The notes beneath the pieces are model-generated. The model made no database searches and was not told the DNA's origin. It saw nothing but the letters and a program-made list of their open reading frames with translations. Positions 61,194 through 64,000 of a DNA stretch of 64,000 nucleotides are shown piece after piece. Location of the stretch: assembly GCA_963792785.1 (NCBI GenBank), contig CAWBXO010000004.1:770278-834277 (forward strand). Direction: 5' to 3'. Position numbers and translations under genes: made by a program. Positions within the stretch are counted from its first letter, which is position 1. Each line of letters opens with the position of its first letter. Source of the DNA: an uncultured Acidobacteriota bacterium (GTDB taxonomy: Bacteria > Acidobacteriota > Vicinamibacteria > Vicinamibacterales > CAVVIG01).

Positions 61194-61946
61194 TCAGGGA
61201 TCTTCCGCGATCGCGGAATAGTAGGCGGCGATGCGCTCCCGCGCACCGGGCCGGGTGTACACGTCGGGCCGGCGGGTTTCGACGACGCTCGCGATGACCG
61301 CGGCCACCTCCTCGGGCGTCTGGCCGTCGGGAATCTTTCGGGAGTCCACGCCCCCGTGCACCGCGTTCAGCCCGAACCCGGTGTAGACCACGCCGGGCGA
61401 CACGATCGAGAACTGGATGCCCGGGTGCGTCTGCCGTACCTCGTCGCGGAGCGTGGCCGTCAGCGCGTTCAGGAAGTGCTTCGCGCCGCAGTACGCGGAC
61501 CGCTGCGTCGCGAACGGCATCCGCCCGAGCATCGACGACACGTTGATCACGTGGCCGCTGCCCCGCGCCTTGAAGTGCGGCAGCGCCGCCTGGATCGCAT
61601 AGAGCGCCGACTTCACGTTCACGAGCATCATCTGGTCGATGTCCTCGTCGGTGAGCTCGGACGGCGCGCGCGTGATCCCCTGGCCCACGTTGTTCACCAG
61701 CGTGTCGAGGCGGCCGAAGCGCGCGATCGTCTCCCGCACCATGCGTTCCGCATCGGCGCGCACCGTGACGTCGGCGGCCAGCGCCAGGGTGTTGGGGCCG
61801 CAGGCCGCCGCCACCGCCTGCAGTTCCGGCGCGCGGCGCGCCACCAGCGCGAGCAACGAGCCGCGGCCGGCGAGGTCGCGGGCCAGCGCCGCCCCGATGC
61901 CCGAGCTGGCGCCCGTGATGAGTACGACACGATCGTTCATGACCAC
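61194..61946 (-). CDS. SDR-family oxidoreductase
   Basis: TGASSGIGAALA, NNVG, YCGAK. Confidence 0.9.
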   Translation of the reverse strand: MVMNDRVVLITGASSGIGAALARDLAGRGSLLALVARRAPELQAVAAACGPNTLALAADVTVRADAERMVRETIARFGRLDTLVNNVGQGITRAPSELTDEDIDQMMLVNVKSALYAIQAALPHFKARGSGHVINVSSMLGRMPFATQRSAYCGAKHFLNALTATLRDEVRQTHPGIQFSIVSPGVVYTGFGLNAVHGGVDSRKIPDGQTPEEVAAVIASVVETRRPDVYTRPGARERIAAYYSAIAEDP

Positions 61947-61949
61947 ACC

Positions 61950-62441
61950 TCAGAGCGCTTTCTCGAAACAGTGGAACTCGCCTTTTCGCAGCATCACGCA
62001 GCCCGCGTCATGGTAGCCGAGACCGCGGTAGAGGCGCAGCGCGGCGGGATTACGTGAGAACGCGTCCAGGCGGACGGCGCCGAATCCCAGCGCGGCGGCG
62101 CGCCGTTCGGCCTCTTCCATGAGCGCGCGCGACAGGCCCTCGCCCTGCCGCCGTGGATGGACCATCAGCCGGTGCACGATCGCGAGGCGATCGGCGTGGA
62201 TCGTCCACGGGACGGCGGCGTACTCGGGACTCGGCCGATCGTCGATCGTGAACGCGCCGTCCGGGATTGCGTCGGCGCCCGGGAGGATGTAGAGCGCTCC
62301 GGCCCGCGCGTCGGCGAGGAAAGTCAGCTCGGTGGGATAGAGATCGTCCCATTGCTCGATGCCCCGCCGCCGCATCTCCGCGATGCAGGCGCGCGCGAGC
62401 CCGGCCACGCCGGGCACGTCACGAAGCGTCGCGAGCCGCAC
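61950..62441 (-). CDS. GNAT-family N-acetyltransferase
   Basis: GTG at 62441. RRQGEGLSRALMEEAERRA. Confidence 0.8.
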   Translation of the reverse strand: MRLATLRDVPGVAGLARACIAEMRRRGIEQWDDLYPTELTFLADARAGALYILPGADAIPDGAFTIDDRPSPEYAAVPWTIHADRLAIVHRLMVHPRRQGEGLSRALMEEAERRAAALGFGAVRLDAFSRNPAALRLYRGLGYHDAGCVMLRKGEFHCFEKAL

Positions 62442-62958
62442 GCTGGTCCTGCGCTTCGAGCAGATCGACATACGCGGAGGCGACGAGCGCCGACGGGGGG
62501 ACGCCGAGCGCCTCGAGCAGCCGGCGGGCCTCCGCCTCGCCCTCCGCGATCGGCTCGCCGTCGCCCAGGACGACCTCGAGCTCGACGAACGATCCAAGGC
62601 GCTCGACACGATCGAGGTGCACGCGCGTGCGGCCCGCCAGATACACTTCGCGCTCCTTCACGACACTGCCGCGCACGGGCAGCACCCGGCCGAGGATCTC
62701 GGCCAGCGTCTCGCCCCGCGCGCACCCGATGCGCGTATAGGTGGACGTCTTCGGACCGGCCACGTCGGGACGCTCGTACGCGATCAGCTCGCCCGATCCG
62801 TCCGCGAACGTCCGCACCTTCAGCCGTCCCGACGGGACCAGGAAGAACGTGTCCGTCTGCCGAAGCCGCTCGCCTGGCCCGCCGGCCAGGGCCATCGCGC
62901 GGGCGCGGATGGGCGCCAGGTCGTCCACGCGCGCCTTGATCTCGACGTTCACACCCAC
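62419..62958 (-). CDS. CYTH-domain protein (class IV adenylate cyclase / triphosphate tunnel metalloenzyme)
   Basis: N-terminal VEIKARV (ExExK) and FVELEVV. Confidence 0.8.
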   Translation of the reverse strand: MGVNVEIKARVDDLAPIRARAMALAGGPGERLRQTDTFFLVPSGRLKVRTFADGSGELIAYERPDVAGPKTSTYTRIGCARGETLAEILGRVLPVRGSVVKEREVYLAGRTRVHLDRVERLGSFVELEVVLGDGEPIAEGEAEARRLLEALGVPPSALVASAYVDLLEAQDQRAARDAS

Positions 62959-62977
62959 GACAGCGCCGGCCGCTCCC

Positions 62978-63736
62978 TCAGGCCGCGACCCGGGCGGCGT
63001 CGAGGAACACGGAATTCACCATCGAGCCGCCGCGAAGAATGTAGCCCTTGGAGGTCAGGTAACGCGTGATGTCCGCCTCCTCGCCCTTGGCGTTGAACGG
63101 CACGCTCTCGCAGCAGATCACGCCCGGGCGGAACCGTTCGAGATCCAGCGAGCGGAGGATCGCCTCGTCGAGGCCTTCGATGTCGGTCGAGAGCAGATCG
63201 GGCGCGCGCCCCAGGTGCTCCTCGATCGCGCGGTTGATGTTGATGAGAGGCATCTGCGTAATCCGCTCGACCACGCTCTCCGTCTGGCCCGCCTGCAGCT
63301 TCGCGACCTGCTCGGAGGAGAACGTATTGAGCAGCGGGTTGCCCTTGATCTCGTAGTAATCGGCCTCGGCGGCATCGGTCACGCCGATCCCCGCCGCGAT
63401 CACGTCGTCCTTCGGCCGCTGCCGGCGCAGCAGTTCGACGTACATCGGGTTCGGTTCGACGAGCACGCCGGTCGAACCGGTGCCGTACAACAGGTAGGTG
63501 TTGCTGCTCCGGACGGGATGGGCGGCGCCGACGTCCATGTAGGTCGGCCGCTCGAGACCCAGCACGTCGTGCAGCGCGTGGTACAGGACGATGTCCTCGC
63601 CCTGCTGGGAGAAGCTGAGGCGGCCGAACTCGGGCACGACCTGCCGGCGGCCGGGACCAAACCGCTCCCACCCCGCCGCGCCGACCGCGCCGCCGATGGC
63701 GCCGGCGGCGCCCGCCATGAACTCGCGCCGTTTCAC
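62978..63736 (-). CDS. FkbM-family methyltransferase carrying a Tat-like N-terminal signal
   Basis: MKRREFMAGAAGAIGGAVGAAG, then FSQQGEDIVL ... YMDVGAAHP ... VLVEPNP. Confidence 0.75.
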   Translation of the reverse strand: MKRREFMAGAAGAIGGAVGAAGWERFGPGRRQVVPEFGRLSFSQQGEDIVLYHALHDVLGLERPTYMDVGAAHPVRSSNTYLLYGTGSTGVLVEPNPMYVELLRRQRPKDDVIAAGIGVTDAAEADYYEIKGNPLLNTFSSEQVAKLQAGQTESVVERITQMPLININRAIEEHLGRAPDLLSTDIEGLDEAILRSLDLERFRPGVICCESVPFNAKGEEADITRYLTSKGYILRGGSMVNSVFLDAARVAA

Positions 63737-63764
63737 GCGTGCCCCTCCTGCACTGGCGGGACGG

Positions 63765-64000
63765 CTACTCCGCCGTCGTGGGATCGATGATCGTCTTCAC
63801 TTCTGAGACGCGGTTGGCCGGAAACCCGCCCAGCCGGGCGTGCTCGCGCACCATGTCCTCGTTGGGCGCGATGTAGACGCAGTAGATCTTGTCGCCCGTC
63901 ACGTAGCTGTGCACCCACTGAATCTGCGGCCCCAGGTTCTTCAGGACGCCGCACGACGTCTGCGAAATGCCCTGCAGTTGCTCGCCGGAGAGCGCACCCG
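63765..64000 (-). CDS. DUF4242-like (nickel-binding-protein-like) protein, C-terminal part (5' end outside window)
   Basis: Hand-translated as ...GVLKNLGPQIQWVHSYVTGDKIYCVYIAPNEDMVREHARLGGFPANRVSEVKTIIDPTTAE with a stop at 63765. Confidence 0.55.
   Translation of the reverse strand, partial: GALSGEQLQGISQTSCGVLKNLGPQIQWVHSYVTGDKIYCVYIAPNEDMVREHARLGGFPANRVSEVKTIIDPTTAE

Overview
Very GC-rich bacterial chromosomal window. Three duplicated orphan FtsX/MacB-type permeases (ADOP family) suggest Acidobacteriota. The core, about 25.8 kb down to 7.2 kb on the minus strand, is a complete str-S10-spc-alpha ribosomal superoperon: rpsL, rpsG, fusA, rpsJ to rpsQ, rplN to rplO, secY, adk, map, infA, rpmJ, rpsM, rpsK, rpsD, rpoA, rplQ. 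There is no tuf between fusA and rpsJ. Upstream on the plus strand are a MarR fragment, a Yip1-like membrane protein, a MacA-like adaptor with two FtsX permeases, and an EF-G paralogue. Beyond 26 kb is an accessory mix:
- a c-type cytochrome with a two-component system, an M23 peptidase and a PP2C phosphatase
- a decayed arylamine N-acetyltransferase
- aldehyde dehydrogenase, class III aminotransferase, DDAH, CBS and spermidine-synthase-like genes
- a P450/cupin/MBL/VOC cluster, a SWIB-domain protein and Bcp
- GNATs, an outer-membrane barrel, SDR, CYTH, FkbM and DUF4242 genes

No rRNA, tRNA, CRISPR array, transposase or integrase was found.

Two window-wide signals stand out:
1. Phase-regular 7-9 nt tandem arrays fill several intercistronic spacers and are G-rich on the sense strand. 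They have SD-like cores, and some carry canonical G-quadruplex motifs. I do not recognise them as a described repeat class.
2. At least nine apparent single-nucleotide frame breaks occur in otherwise well-conserved genes, including essential rplQ. Two of them lie in the identical octamer TCGGTACT. This points to systematic assembly or basecalling error, possibly motif-linked, rather than gene decay, but needs read-level checking.

All calls rest on reading the ORF translations and the sequence by eye. No database search was run.
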